Source of the DNA: Bellilinea caldifistulae
GTDB taxonomy: Bacteria > Chloroflexota > Anaerolineae > Anaerolineales > Anaerolineaceae
Length of the DNA: 32,000 nt
Direction: 5' to 3'
Assembly (NCBI RefSeq): GCF_001306055.1
Contig: NZ_LGHJ01000014.1
Location: forward strand, 197,724-229,723
Under the pieces are notes generated by a model. The model had not been told where the DNA came from and made no database searches. It saw nothing but the letters and a program-made list of their open reading frames with translations. A program made the translations under genes and the position numbers. Shown here in pieces: positions 8,410-17,158 of this stretch; within the stretch, counting starts at the first letter, position 1, and each line of letters begins with the position of its first letter.

Positions 8410-8904
8410 ATGCCTATTCTGGATGCACGAACGCTGGAATTTTTCAGTCGCAGCGCCGATCAAACCCGCCGGCTGGGAATGCGTTTGGGAGGTCTGTTAC
8501 AGAAAGGGGATGTGGTCCTCCTGCAGGGAGAACTTGGCAGCGGTAAAACAACGCTGGTACAAGGCATGGCGCATGGGTGGGGATCGTTAGATCCCGTTTC
8601 CAGCCCCACCTTTGTGCTGGTGAATGTTTACCGTCGGCCGGATGGCCAGGCTCTTTATCATCTGGATGCTTACCGTTTGAAGTCAGCCGCGGAAGCCCTG
8701 GATTTGGACCTGGACTGGTTGATGGAAAGTGGCGCATTGGTGGTGGAATGGCCGGAGAACATCCAATCGGCTCTACCGCGCGAACACTTGCTGGTGCGCT
8801 TGAGCTGGATTGCGGAAGAACAACGCGGTATGGTGTTTCTGGCTCAGGGCAGTCGTTACGAAACGCTGGTCCAGGAATTCCGTCAGCGGGTGGTGGGAGG
8901 CTGA
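8410..8904 (+). CDS. tsaE: tRNA t6A37 biosynthesis ATPase TsaE
   Basis: Walker A within LQGELGSGKTTLVQG, followed by SPTFVL and HLDAYRL motifs. The start is chosen at the ATG at 8410, not the ORF start at 8344, which would overlap the GT28 gene. Confidence 0.85.
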   Translation: MPILDARTLEFFSRSADQTRRLGMRLGGLLQKGDVVLLQGELGSGKTTLVQGMAHGWGSLDPVSSPTFVLVNVYRRPDGQALYHLDAYRLKSAAEALDLDLDWLMESGALVVEWPENIQSALPREHLLVRLSWIAEEQRGMVFLAQGSRYETLVQEFRQRVVGG

Positions 8905-9573
8905 ATGCTGCTGGCATTGGATACGTCAACTCAATACGCCGGCGTTGCCCTGTATGAAGGGGCGCAGGTCATTGCGGAATCGATCTGGCGCACCCAAAAT
9001 CATCACACCGTCGAGGTGGCTCCGGCTTTGCAAGACCTGATGAATCGCTGCGGAGTGCGCACTGCTGACTTAAAAGCCATCGGGGTCGCTCTTGGACCGG
9101 GATCCTTCACCAGCTTACGGATTGGACTGGCGATTGCCAAAGGTATGGCATTGGCTTTGAAAATTCCCTTGATTGGCATCCCGACCTTTGAAATCCTGAC
9201 GGCTGCCCAACCGGTGCAAGACCTCCCGCTGGTGGTTGCCTTGCAGGCCGGAAGAGGGCGGCTGGCAGTGGGCTGGTATCAGTCAAAAGCACACCGCTGG
9301 GAAAGTCAGTCCGAACCGAAGGTGATGAGTGTCGAAGAATTGGCACAAACCATCGAAACGCCCACTCTGGTTTGCGGTGAATTGAGCGCAGCAGAGCGGG
9401 TAGTCCTGGCACGTAAAAGACGATTGGTTGTGCTGGCTTCACCAGCCGCTTCCTTGCGCAGGCCATCCTATCTGGCGGAACTGGCGTGGAAACGCTGGCG
9501 CACTAACAAAGTGGATGATCCAATCCGTCTGGCGCCGATTTACCTCAGCACCGCGGAGGGAGTAACGGTTTGA
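8905..9573 (+). CDS. tsaB: tRNA t6A37 biosynthesis protein TsaB
   Basis: MLLALDTSTQYAGVAL, GPGSFTSLRIG and the length are typical of TsaB. The start abuts the tsaE stop. Confidence 0.85.
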   Translation: MLLALDTSTQYAGVALYEGAQVIAESIWRTQNHHTVEVAPALQDLMNRCGVRTADLKAIGVALGPGSFTSLRIGLAIAKGMALALKIPLIGIPTFEILTAAQPVQDLPLVVALQAGRGRLAVGWYQSKAHRWESQSEPKVMSVEELAQTIETPTLVCGELSAAERVVLARKRRLVVLASPAASLRRPSYLAELAWKRWRTNKVDDPIRLAPIYLSTAEGVTV

Positions 9574-10139
9574 AAGAAAACCTTTCCTCAGCCCGGGTGA
9601 TCATCCGTCCAATGGAATTGCGGGATGTTCCGCGAGTGCGGGAAATTGATCTGGCTTCATTTTCGCTGCCATGGCCGGAACGATCCTTCCGATTCGAAAT
9701 CACCGAAAATCCGGCTTCCCGCTTGTGGGTTGCGGAAGTTCAAACTGCCGAGGGGCAGGTTGAGGTGGTGGGTATGATTGTGATGTGGCAGGTACTGGAC
9801 GAGGCGCATATCGGTACCTTTGCCATCCACCCGGTCTATCGGCGGCATGGAATCGGCCGCCGCCTGCTGGCAGAATCCCTGCTTGAAGTGTACGAAATGG
9901 GTGTCCGGCAATGTTATCTGGAAGTCCGCCGTTCGAATCTGGCTGCCCAGAATCTCTATAAAAAATTTGGGTTCAGGGTCACAGCCGTGCGTAGCGGGTA
10001 CTACCGGGATAATGGAGAAGATGCCCTGATTATGACACTGGATAACATCAACCCGCAAAAATTACGCGAATTTTTGCAAGATGGTGATGAGGATGTTGGG
10101 ACAATTCCTTCGGGAGAGATAGACCATGGATCAACCTGA
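9570..10139 (+). CDS. rimI: ribosomal-protein-alanine N-acetyltransferase (GNAT)
   Basis: GNAT motif A HPVYRRHGIGRRLL, in the canonical tsaE-tsaB-rimI context. The TTG start overlaps the tsaB stop. Confidence 0.75.
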   Translation: MKENLSSARVIIRPMELRDVPRVREIDLASFSLPWPERSFRFEITENPASRLWVAEVQTAEGQVEVVGMIVMWQVLDEAHIGTFAIHPVYRRHGIGRRLLAESLLEVYEMGVRQCYLEVRRSNLAAQNLYKKFGFRVTAVRSGYYRDNGEDALIMTLDNINPQKLREFLQDGDEDVGTIPSGEIDHGST

Positions 10140-10782
10140 TGAAGTCTTGAAAAAAGTCGCAGCGGAGGTATCCGTGTGTCAACGCTGCCAGCTGAGTTTT
10201 TCGCGCAAAAAAGCCGTGCCGGGAGAAGGCCCGGCAAATGCCGAAGTGATGTTTATTGGCGAAGGACCGGGCTTTTATGAAAATGAACAGGGTCGCCCGT
10301 TTGTCGGGGCGGCCGGAAAATTTTTGGATGAACTGTTGCAGCGTGCCGGGCTAAAGAGGGAAACGGTGTTTATCACCAATGTGGTTAAATGCCGCCCGCC
10401 GGGCAACCGGGACCCTCTGCCGGAGGAGTTGATGGCCTGCAATGACTATCTGGAACGGCAGATTCAGGCGATCAATCCGCTGGTCATTGTCACGCTGGGG
10501 CGCTACTCGATGGCACGTTTTCTTCCCAATGTTCGCATCAGTGATGTGCATGGTAAAGCACGCTGGCTGGATGGGCGTATGATTGTGCCGATGTTTCATC
10601 CGGCTGCAGCCCTGCATCAACCTTCTTTGAAGGGCGCAGTAGTAGAGGACTTTTCCAGGCTGGGTGGCTACATCCAACAGGCACGCCAGAATCGTCAAAA
10701 CGTCAAAGATGCTCAGCCGCTTTCCAAACCGGCTGAGGAGGAAGAAGAGCAATCCAAACCCACCCAACTGAGCCTCTTTTAG
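10126..10782 (+). CDS. family 4 uracil-DNA glycosylase (Fe-S type) with a C-terminal QLSLF tail
   Basis: GEGPG...GRPFVGAAG and HPAA motifs. Four Cys (CQRC, VKCRPP, ACNDY) sit at the positions of the family-4 4Fe-4S ligands. Confidence 0.85.
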   Translation: MDQPDEVLKKVAAEVSVCQRCQLSFSRKKAVPGEGPANAEVMFIGEGPGFYENEQGRPFVGAAGKFLDELLQRAGLKRETVFITNVVKCRPPGNRDPLPEELMACNDYLERQIQAINPLVIVTLGRYSMARFLPNVRISDVHGKARWLDGRMIVPMFHPAAALHQPSLKGAVVEDFSRLGGYIQQARQNRQNVKDAQPLSKPAEEEEEQSKPTQLSLF

Positions 10783-10835
10783 GCGTTACGGCTAAGGGTG
10801 TTCGTTTCCATTTCTCTGGTGAAAGAGCAAAAAAG

Positions 10836-12158
10836 ATGACGGAAAACTACCAACAGCAGTTGATTGAAAAATTCAAGAACCGCTCTGCGAAAGTGGCCAT
10901 CCTTGGCATGGGGTATGTGGGGCTGCCGCTCGCCGTTGTGTTTGCAGAAGCCGGCTTTGAAGTGACCGGTATTGACCCGGTTGAAAGCAAAGTGGAGGCA
11001 CTCAACCGCGGCGAAAGTTATATTCTGGATGTGCCACAGGAACAGGTACAACGTCTGGTGGAGCAGGGCAGGTTAAAGGCCACGACCGATTATGCTGCTT
11101 TGCAGGAGGCGGATGCCGTTTCGATTTGTGTGCCGACCCCGCTGCGCAAAACCGGAGACCCCGATTTGTCCTATATTGTCAGTGCAGCCGAAGGACTAGC
11201 GCCGTTTGCCCACCCCGGTATGGTGATCGTCCTTGAATCCAGCACCTACCCCGGTACCACCCGTGAGCTGGTGCTGCCGGCCTTGTGTGCTCAACCCGGG
11301 CTGGAAATTGGGGATAACATTTTCCTTGCCTTTTCGCCCGAACGAGTAGATCCGGGACGCAAGGATTGGACAACTTACAACACTCCCAAAGTGCTGGGCG
11401 GAATCACACCCCGCTGCACGGAGGTGGCGGCGGCATGGTACGGTGCGGCTCTCCAAACCGTGGTGCCGGTTTCATCCACCGAGGTTGCTGAAATGGCCAA
11501 ACTCCTTGAAAACACCTTCCGCATGATTAACATCGGTCTGGTCAATGAACTTGCGATCATGTGCAACCGTCTGAAAGTGGATGTTTGGGAGGTCATCGAA
11601 GCAGCTGCTACCAAACCCTTTGGTTTCATGAAATTTACCCCCGGTCCGGGGTTGGGCGGACATTGTATTCCTATTGATCCGCTCTATCTCTCATGGAAAC
11701 TCAAATCACTGAACTACACTGCGCGCTTCATTGAACTGGCTTCAGAGATCAACACGAACATGCCGCGCTTTGTGGTGGGAAAGGTTCAGGATGCCCTGAA
11801 CGATCATCGCAAACCCCTGCGGGATAGCAAAATACTGGTCATCGGCGCGGCCTACAAGCCGGATGTGGATGACTTGCGCGAGTCACCTGCCCTGGATGTC
11901 ATTCACCTGCTGCGCGAAAAAGGCGCGCTGGTCAGTTATCATGATCCTTATATTCCTACGATTGAACATAATGATTATCATCTCGAATCGGTGACGGATT
12001 TGATGGCAGCAGTGCGCGAGGCGGATTGTGTGGTGATCATTACCAACCACTCGGTCTATGATTACCCGGCATTGCTTGAACAGGCGCGCTTGATTGTGGA
12101 CACCCGCAATGCACTCGGTAAACTGGGACGCAATCATCCCAAAGTGGTGAGGTTGTAA
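10836..12158 (+). CDS. nucleotide-sugar dehydrogenase (UDP-glucose/GDP-mannose dehydrogenase family, WecC/TviB-like)
   Basis: 440 aa with the N-terminal VAILGMGYVGLPLAV Rossmann motif and the catalytic region GLGGHCIPIDP. Confidence 0.8.
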   Translation: MTENYQQQLIEKFKNRSAKVAILGMGYVGLPLAVVFAEAGFEVTGIDPVESKVEALNRGESYILDVPQEQVQRLVEQGRLKATTDYAALQEADAVSICVPTPLRKTGDPDLSYIVSAAEGLAPFAHPGMVIVLESSTYPGTTRELVLPALCAQPGLEIGDNIFLAFSPERVDPGRKDWTTYNTPKVLGGITPRCTEVAAAWYGAALQTVVPVSSTEVAEMAKLLENTFRMINIGLVNELAIMCNRLKVDVWEVIEAAATKPFGFMKFTPGPGLGGHCIPIDPLYLSWKLKSLNYTARFIELASEINTNMPRFVVGKVQDALNDHRKPLRDSKILVIGAAYKPDVDDLRESPALDVIHLLREKGALVSYHDPYIPTIEHNDYHLESVTDLMAAVREADCVVIITNHSVYDYPALLEQARLIVDTRNALGKLGRNHPKVVRL

Positions 12159-13141
12159 TGCCGATGCGCTTTCTGGTGACCGGCGCGGCTGGATTTATCG
12201 GTGCGCGGGTAGCCAATCTGTTGATTGCCCAGGGACATCAGGTTGTGGGGGTGGACAACCTCAATACCGCCTATGATGTGCGCTTGAAGGAATACCGGCT
12301 TGCCCGGCTTAAGGAATTTTCTCAATTTGAATTTCACCGGCAAGACATTGCCGACCGGCAGGCAATGCGGGAATTGTTCGCCCACTACCGCCCCTTTGAC
12401 GGTGTAATTCATCTGGCTGCCAGGGCGGGCGTGCGTGCCAGTACCCAGGACCCCTGGGAATTTGAACGATCCAATTCGGCCGGCACGCTGACCTTGCTGG
12501 AAATGTGCCGTCAATTTGATTGTGCAAAGTTTGTATTCGCCTCGACTTCATCTATTTACGGTGCAAATCCCCCCTATCCAACCCCTGAAGAAGCCGATAG
12601 CAGTCATCCTCTCCAGCCTTACGCAGCCACAAAAAAAGCCGGCGAGGTCATGTGTCATGCCTACCATCATTTGTACGGGCTGGATGTTACAATCTTCCGT
12701 TTCTTTACTGTCTATGGGCCGGCAGGCAGGCCGGATCTGGCCATGTTTCGTTTTGTCCAGTGGATTGCCGAAGGACGGCCGGTAAAAATCAATGGGGATG
12801 GCAGCCAGTCCCGTGGTTTTACCTACATTGATGATGTTGCCCGCGGGGTATTGCTGGGTTTGAAACCACTGGGTTTTGAAATTATCAATCTGGGCGGGCA
12901 TGAATCGATCAGTGTGCTGGATTTGGTGACATTGATCGAAGAACTACTCGGTCGGAAAGCCCGGCTGGAATTTTTGCCGTTTCATCCGGCTGATATGATG
13001 AAAAATCTGGCTGATGTGCGCAAAGCAGAACAGGTGTTGGGCTGGCAGCCGCAGGTCAACCTGCGGGAGGGTGTTCAAAATCTGGTCAACTGGTACCTGC
13101 AAGAGCGCGAGTGGGCCAGCCAGATTATAACGGATGGATAG
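12158..13141 (+). CDS. NAD-dependent epimerase, UDP-glucuronate 4-epimerase-like SDR
   Basis: VTGAAGFIG, YAATKKAGE and FRFFTVYGPAGRPDLA match the UDP-uronate 4-epimerase subgroup of extended SDRs. The start overlaps the upstream stop (TAATG). Confidence 0.75.
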   Translation: MPMRFLVTGAAGFIGARVANLLIAQGHQVVGVDNLNTAYDVRLKEYRLARLKEFSQFEFHRQDIADRQAMRELFAHYRPFDGVIHLAARAGVRASTQDPWEFERSNSAGTLTLLEMCRQFDCAKFVFASTSSIYGANPPYPTPEEADSSHPLQPYAATKKAGEVMCHAYHHLYGLDVTIFRFFTVYGPAGRPDLAMFRFVQWIAEGRPVKINGDGSQSRGFTYIDDVARGVLLGLKPLGFEIINLGGHESISVLDLVTLIEELLGRKARLEFLPFHPADMMKNLADVRKAEQVLGWQPQVNLREGVQNLVNWYLQEREWASQIITDG

Positions 13142-14490
13142 TGACAAAGCGCTGGTTGCAGCAATGGCGGGAAGATCGTTTATTGCGCACGGTTGTGCGT
13201 AATTCATCTTACCTGTTTTCTTCCAATACGATCAGTATGGGATTGGCCTCCCTGCAAGGTTTGCTGGCAGCAGCCCTGTTGAATGTGGGGGATTACGGGT
13301 TGTTGGGGATGATCATTGCATATGCTTCGAATGTCAATCGTCTGCTCTCATTCCGGATGAACGAACTGGTGGTCAAGTTTGCCGGGCAGTATCTGGCTGA
13401 GGAGCAAAAGGAACGGGCAGCAGCCGTGATCAAAGCAGCCGGGATGAGTGAGGCTTTTACCTCTTTGGTGGCCTATGGACTGCTGATCCTCACCGCCCAA
13501 CTGGCGGCTGTCTACATCATCAAAGATGAAAGAGCGGCTCCCTGGATTATCCTGTATGGATTGGCGCTGCTGGCCAATCTTGTGACAGAAACATCGAGCG
13601 CCATTTTACAGCTGGGGGGGCATTTTCGCACGCTGGCAGCCTTGAACCTGAGTCAGAACTTGCTCACTGCCGGCTGGATTGGGACGGTATTCTTGTTGCG
13701 GGGCGGCTTATTTGACGTGTTGATGGCGTATTTGGCCGGAAAATTCATCTATGGTCTGGGATTGATGATTGCGGCGTTGTACTGGATGCGGCCGTTAGTC
13801 GGTAAGGGCTGGTGGCGGATACCACTTTCCAGCCTGAGCGGTAAGAAAGAACTGGCAAAATTTGCCATCAGTACCAATCTCAGCCAGACGGTCAACATGC
13901 TGATACGCGATAACGAGGTGTTGTGGGTGGGTTTCTTCCTCTCGCCGGTAGAAGCGGGTTATTACAAATTCGGCCTGGCAATTATGAATGTGATTGTTTT
14001 ACCGATTTCGCCGTTTATCCAGACGACCTTCCCGGAAATCAACCGGGCGGTTACATTGCGCATCTGGGATCGGCTGCGGTCCTTGCTGCGACGCACCAGT
14101 TTGATTGCGGCGGCCTGGAGTGGACTGGCGGGATTGGGAATGCTGATCGCAGGTCCTTATCTTTTATCCTTTTTCAAGGATGGCGCTTATTTACCCGCCT
14201 TTCCGGTGATTCTGGTATTGTTTGCCGGTTTCAGTTTTGCAAATTTGTTTTACTGGAATCGCCCCTTGTTGCTGGCGCTCGGCAATCCCAATTTTCCACT
14301 GGTGGTTACTTTTTCGGTGGGAATATTGAAAACCGTTTTAATGTTCTTGCTGGTGCGGCAGTTTGGGGTTATCATGCAGGCGCTGCTGATGAGCGGTTAT
14401 TTCATCGTTTCCATTGGGATCATTGTAATTAAAGGGTTAAGGCAGGTTTATCATCTGCAAAAAACCTCCGAGCAGGTTCAACCGGCGTGA
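13141..14490 (+). CDS. polysaccharide flippase (MOP/Wzx family)
   Basis: About 450 aa with about 12-14 hydrophobic helices, in a glycan-cluster context. The GTG at 13141 (GGATGGA upstream, TAGTG overlap) is preferred over the GTG at 13111. Confidence 0.65.
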   Translation: MTKRWLQQWREDRLLRTVVRNSSYLFSSNTISMGLASLQGLLAAALLNVGDYGLLGMIIAYASNVNRLLSFRMNELVVKFAGQYLAEEQKERAAAVIKAAGMSEAFTSLVAYGLLILTAQLAAVYIIKDERAAPWIILYGLALLANLVTETSSAILQLGGHFRTLAALNLSQNLLTAGWIGTVFLLRGGLFDVLMAYLAGKFIYGLGLMIAALYWMRPLVGKGWWRIPLSSLSGKKELAKFAISTNLSQTVNMLIRDNEVLWVGFFLSPVEAGYYKFGLAIMNVIVLPISPFIQTTFPEINRAVTLRIWDRLRSLLRRTSLIAAAWSGLAGLGMLIAGPYLLSFFKDGAYLPAFPVILVLFAGFSFANLFYWNRPLLLALGNPNFPLVVTFSVGILKTVLMFLLVRQFGVIMQALLMSGYFIVSIGIIVIKGLRQVYHLQKTSEQVQPA

Positions 14491-15632
14491 AAATTTGCTG
14501 CATTACTTCGTTTCGAATTCCGTCAAAGGCGGCCAACAGCATTCAGGTGATGAAGGTTGGGCAGGCGTTGTCCCAATTGGGGCACGAGGTGGTTTTATTT
14601 ACGCCCGGCCATGTGCATACCCCGTGGAAAGACTTGGCGGCTTTATATGGTCTGACTCTGCCTTTTGAGGTAATCTGGCTGCCGGCTTATGCAAGCCTGA
14701 AGCGGTATGACTTTGCGGTCAAAGCAGTTCAGCAGGCAGGCCTTCGAAAAGCTGACTTGATCTATACCTGGTTGCCTCAGGCCGGGCTTCTCGGTGTTCT
14801 GCTGGGATTTCCGGTGGTGTTGGAAATTCATGACCGCCCGACCGGACGGCTTGGTAGCTGGCTGCTGCGCCGGATGGCGGAAATGCGGGGGGAAAAACGT
14901 TTTGCGGTGATTACCCGCGCGCTGGAACAGGCTTTGCGCCATGAGTTCGGAATCCCCTTTAAAAAGGACGAGGTTGTAATTGCGCCCAATGGAGTGGATT
15001 TGCAACGGTTTGAGCAATTGCCAGCGCCCCCCGAGGCTCGCCGCCAGTTGAATCTACCTCAGCAACTGACGGCGGTTTACAGCGGTCATTTTTATGCCGG
15101 GCGGGGCATGGATTTGTTGCTGGGGCTGGCGCAGCGATTTCCGAATATCCACTTTCTTTGGGTGGGCGGCCAACCGGATGCAGTAGAATCATATCGGGAG
15201 GTCGTTCGCATGAAGGGTCTGACCAATGTGACCCTGACCGGTTTTGTGGAGAATCAACGCCTGCCGCTCTTTCAGGCGGCTGGAGAAATATTACTGATGC
15301 CCTATGAACGCCAGATTGCTGGTAGTGGTGGAGGAAACTCGGCTGATATTTGCAGTCCGATGAAAATGTTTGAATATCTGGCCTGTGGAAGGGCGATTTT
15401 AGCCAGCGATTTACCCGTTCTCCATGAAGTTTTACAGGAAAACAACGCCGTTTTTTGCCCGCCGCAGGATCTGGAAGGATGGAGCAATGCGCTCTCGGCC
15501 CTTGTCTCTGACCTGAACCGCATTGAGATGCTTGGTAAAAATGCAAGAGAAACCGCACGCCGATTCACCTGGGTGGTGCGGGAGGAAAAAATTCTTGCCG
15601 GATTTCCGCACCGGGAGGGTGTAAAAGCATGA
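14487..15632 (+). CDS. GT4 family (GT-B fold) glycosyltransferase
   Basis: 381 aa with the N-terminus KICCITSFRIPSKAANSIQV and the E-x7-E region PMKMFEYLACGRAILASD. GTGA overlap with the flippase gene. Confidence 0.8.
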   Translation: MKICCITSFRIPSKAANSIQVMKVGQALSQLGHEVVLFTPGHVHTPWKDLAALYGLTLPFEVIWLPAYASLKRYDFAVKAVQQAGLRKADLIYTWLPQAGLLGVLLGFPVVLEIHDRPTGRLGSWLLRRMAEMRGEKRFAVITRALEQALRHEFGIPFKKDEVVIAPNGVDLQRFEQLPAPPEARRQLNLPQQLTAVYSGHFYAGRGMDLLLGLAQRFPNIHFLWVGGQPDAVESYREVVRMKGLTNVTLTGFVENQRLPLFQAAGEILLMPYERQIAGSGGGNSADICSPMKMFEYLACGRAILASDLPVLHEVLQENNAVFCPPQDLEGWSNALSALVSDLNRIEMLGKNARETARRFTWVVREEKILAGFPHREGVKA

Positions 15633-17155
15633 GCCGGGCCGGTTGGAAACGTTTGATCGGCATCCTTATGGCTGCCTTGCTGGGCGGTTTATTGCTGAAT
15701 GGCTTGGCCGAACAGCGTTTTTCTTTGCAGGGCTGGCTGTCCAGTTCGGTGCTGCTCTCGGTTAGCGGTGGTCTGCTGTGGTTTTTCTGGCAGATGACGG
15801 CTTCACCCCGCCGGGTTGGATGGGCTGTTGCGGTGGCTTTCTTACTGAGATTGTTCGTCGGCATTGGTCTGTCCCTGGCTTTACCGGTTTGGGGGCATGA
15901 TAGTGAAGTTTCAAAGGCGGGGTACCTGTTCTTTGATGCATTTACCCGTGACCGCCAGGCTTGGGAACTGGCCACATCGGGTCAATCCCTGCTGGCGGCG
16001 TTTGGCAACGAATTTTCCGGTGATCAGTACGGAGGTATGCTGGCTGCCAGCGCACTTATTTATCGTCTGCTCAGCCCAGATCTTCATCGTCCCTATTTGA
16101 TCTTGATTTTGACCGCATTTGCGGCTGCTGCGGCAGTGCCTTTCTTTTATGCGGCAGTCAAGCGTTATTTTGGGGCGGTAGTAGCGGCCTTGGCGGTCTG
16201 GATCTATGTTTTGTACCCCGAAAGTGTTTTGCTGGGGGCATCTCAAATGCGTGATCCAGTCCTGATTGGGTTGGCTGGCGTGGCTTTGTGGCTGGTCAGC
16301 CGCTGGCAGGATGCCCCTCGACGGGTGACCTTCGGGCTGGTGGGGATTGTCCTGCTCACAGCCGTATTTTCCTATCTTGTGGCGCTGCCCCTGACCGGGT
16401 TGCTCTTCCTGTGGTGGTGGCTGGAATACTCGAGCCGCATCCGGCAGGTGAAAATCCGCCGATTGGTGTGGTTATTTGTGGCGGTGAGCGGTGTGCTGAT
16501 GCTGGCCGGTATGGCCGCCTGGCTGCGTGAATCGGCGCTGTGGGATGCGCGTCTGACCGAATCGGGTTCTGGCAAAATTCAAGCGTTATTTGAGGCTCTA
16601 CCCGATCCGCTGGAATTACCGTTTCTGGTCGTGTACGGCTTACTCCAACCAGTGTTGCCAGCGGCGTTGTTTGATCCTTCCAAACCCCTCTGGACAGTCA
16701 TTTCTACGCTTCGTTCTCTGGGCTGGTATGGGGTATTGCCACTATTGGCGTATGCGCCGCTGGGAATGCGTTTTGAAGCCAAAGGTTTACCGCGCCGCTT
16801 GATTTTCTGGACTTTTCTGATAGTGGTCGGTTGGAGCCTGCTTTCCAGCTTCCGGGCGGGGGGTGATTTGTGGGACAATCCCCGATATCGCACCTTATTG
16901 CTGCCGTGGCTGGCGATGCTGGCTGCCTGGTCCTTTGTGATCGCCCGTCAGCAGCGGGATATCTGGTTGCCTCGTCTGTTGGCTTGCGAGGGCATCTTCG
17001 TCTGTATCTTTGGGATATGGTATGCCAATCGCAGTTTTCAATTGGGGTTGAATTTTTCTTTCTTTGTCGCTGCGGCGGTTACGGCTGTCCTGTGTGGTCT
17101 GGTGGTGATCATTGGCTATGGGTATGATCGCCGTCGGCGGTTGAAACCAGGATAG
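15629..17155 (+). CDS. polytopic membrane protein, GT-C-like glycosyltransferase candidate
   Basis: 508 aa, more than 10 predicted TM helices. An acidic first-loop motif FFDAFTRDRQAWELA resembles the ArnT/PMT loop-1 motif. ATGA overlap with the GT4 gene. The family assignment is tentative. Confidence 0.4.
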   Translation: MSRAGWKRLIGILMAALLGGLLLNGLAEQRFSLQGWLSSSVLLSVSGGLLWFFWQMTASPRRVGWAVAVAFLLRLFVGIGLSLALPVWGHDSEVSKAGYLFFDAFTRDRQAWELATSGQSLLAAFGNEFSGDQYGGMLAASALIYRLLSPDLHRPYLILILTAFAAAAAVPFFYAAVKRYFGAVVAALAVWIYVLYPESVLLGASQMRDPVLIGLAGVALWLVSRWQDAPRRVTFGLVGIVLLTAVFSYLVALPLTGLLFLWWWLEYSSRIRQVKIRRLVWLFVAVSGVLMLAGMAAWLRESALWDARLTESGSGKIQALFEALPDPLELPFLVVYGLLQPVLPAALFDPSKPLWTVISTLRSLGWYGVLPLLAYAPLGMRFEAKGLPRRLIFWTFLIVVGWSLLSSFRAGGDLWDNPRYRTLLLPWLAMLAAWSFVIARQQRDIWLPRLLACEGIFVCIFGIWYANRSFQLGLNFSFFVAAAVTAVLCGLVVIIGYGYDRRRRLKPG

Positions 17156-17158
17156 GGT

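Noticed and set aside
13923-14432. 169-aa alternative-frame ORF inside the flippase gene
   Set aside because: It is on the same strand but out of frame with a continuous polytopic ORF. Its composition is Gly/Arg-rich and unlike a real protein.
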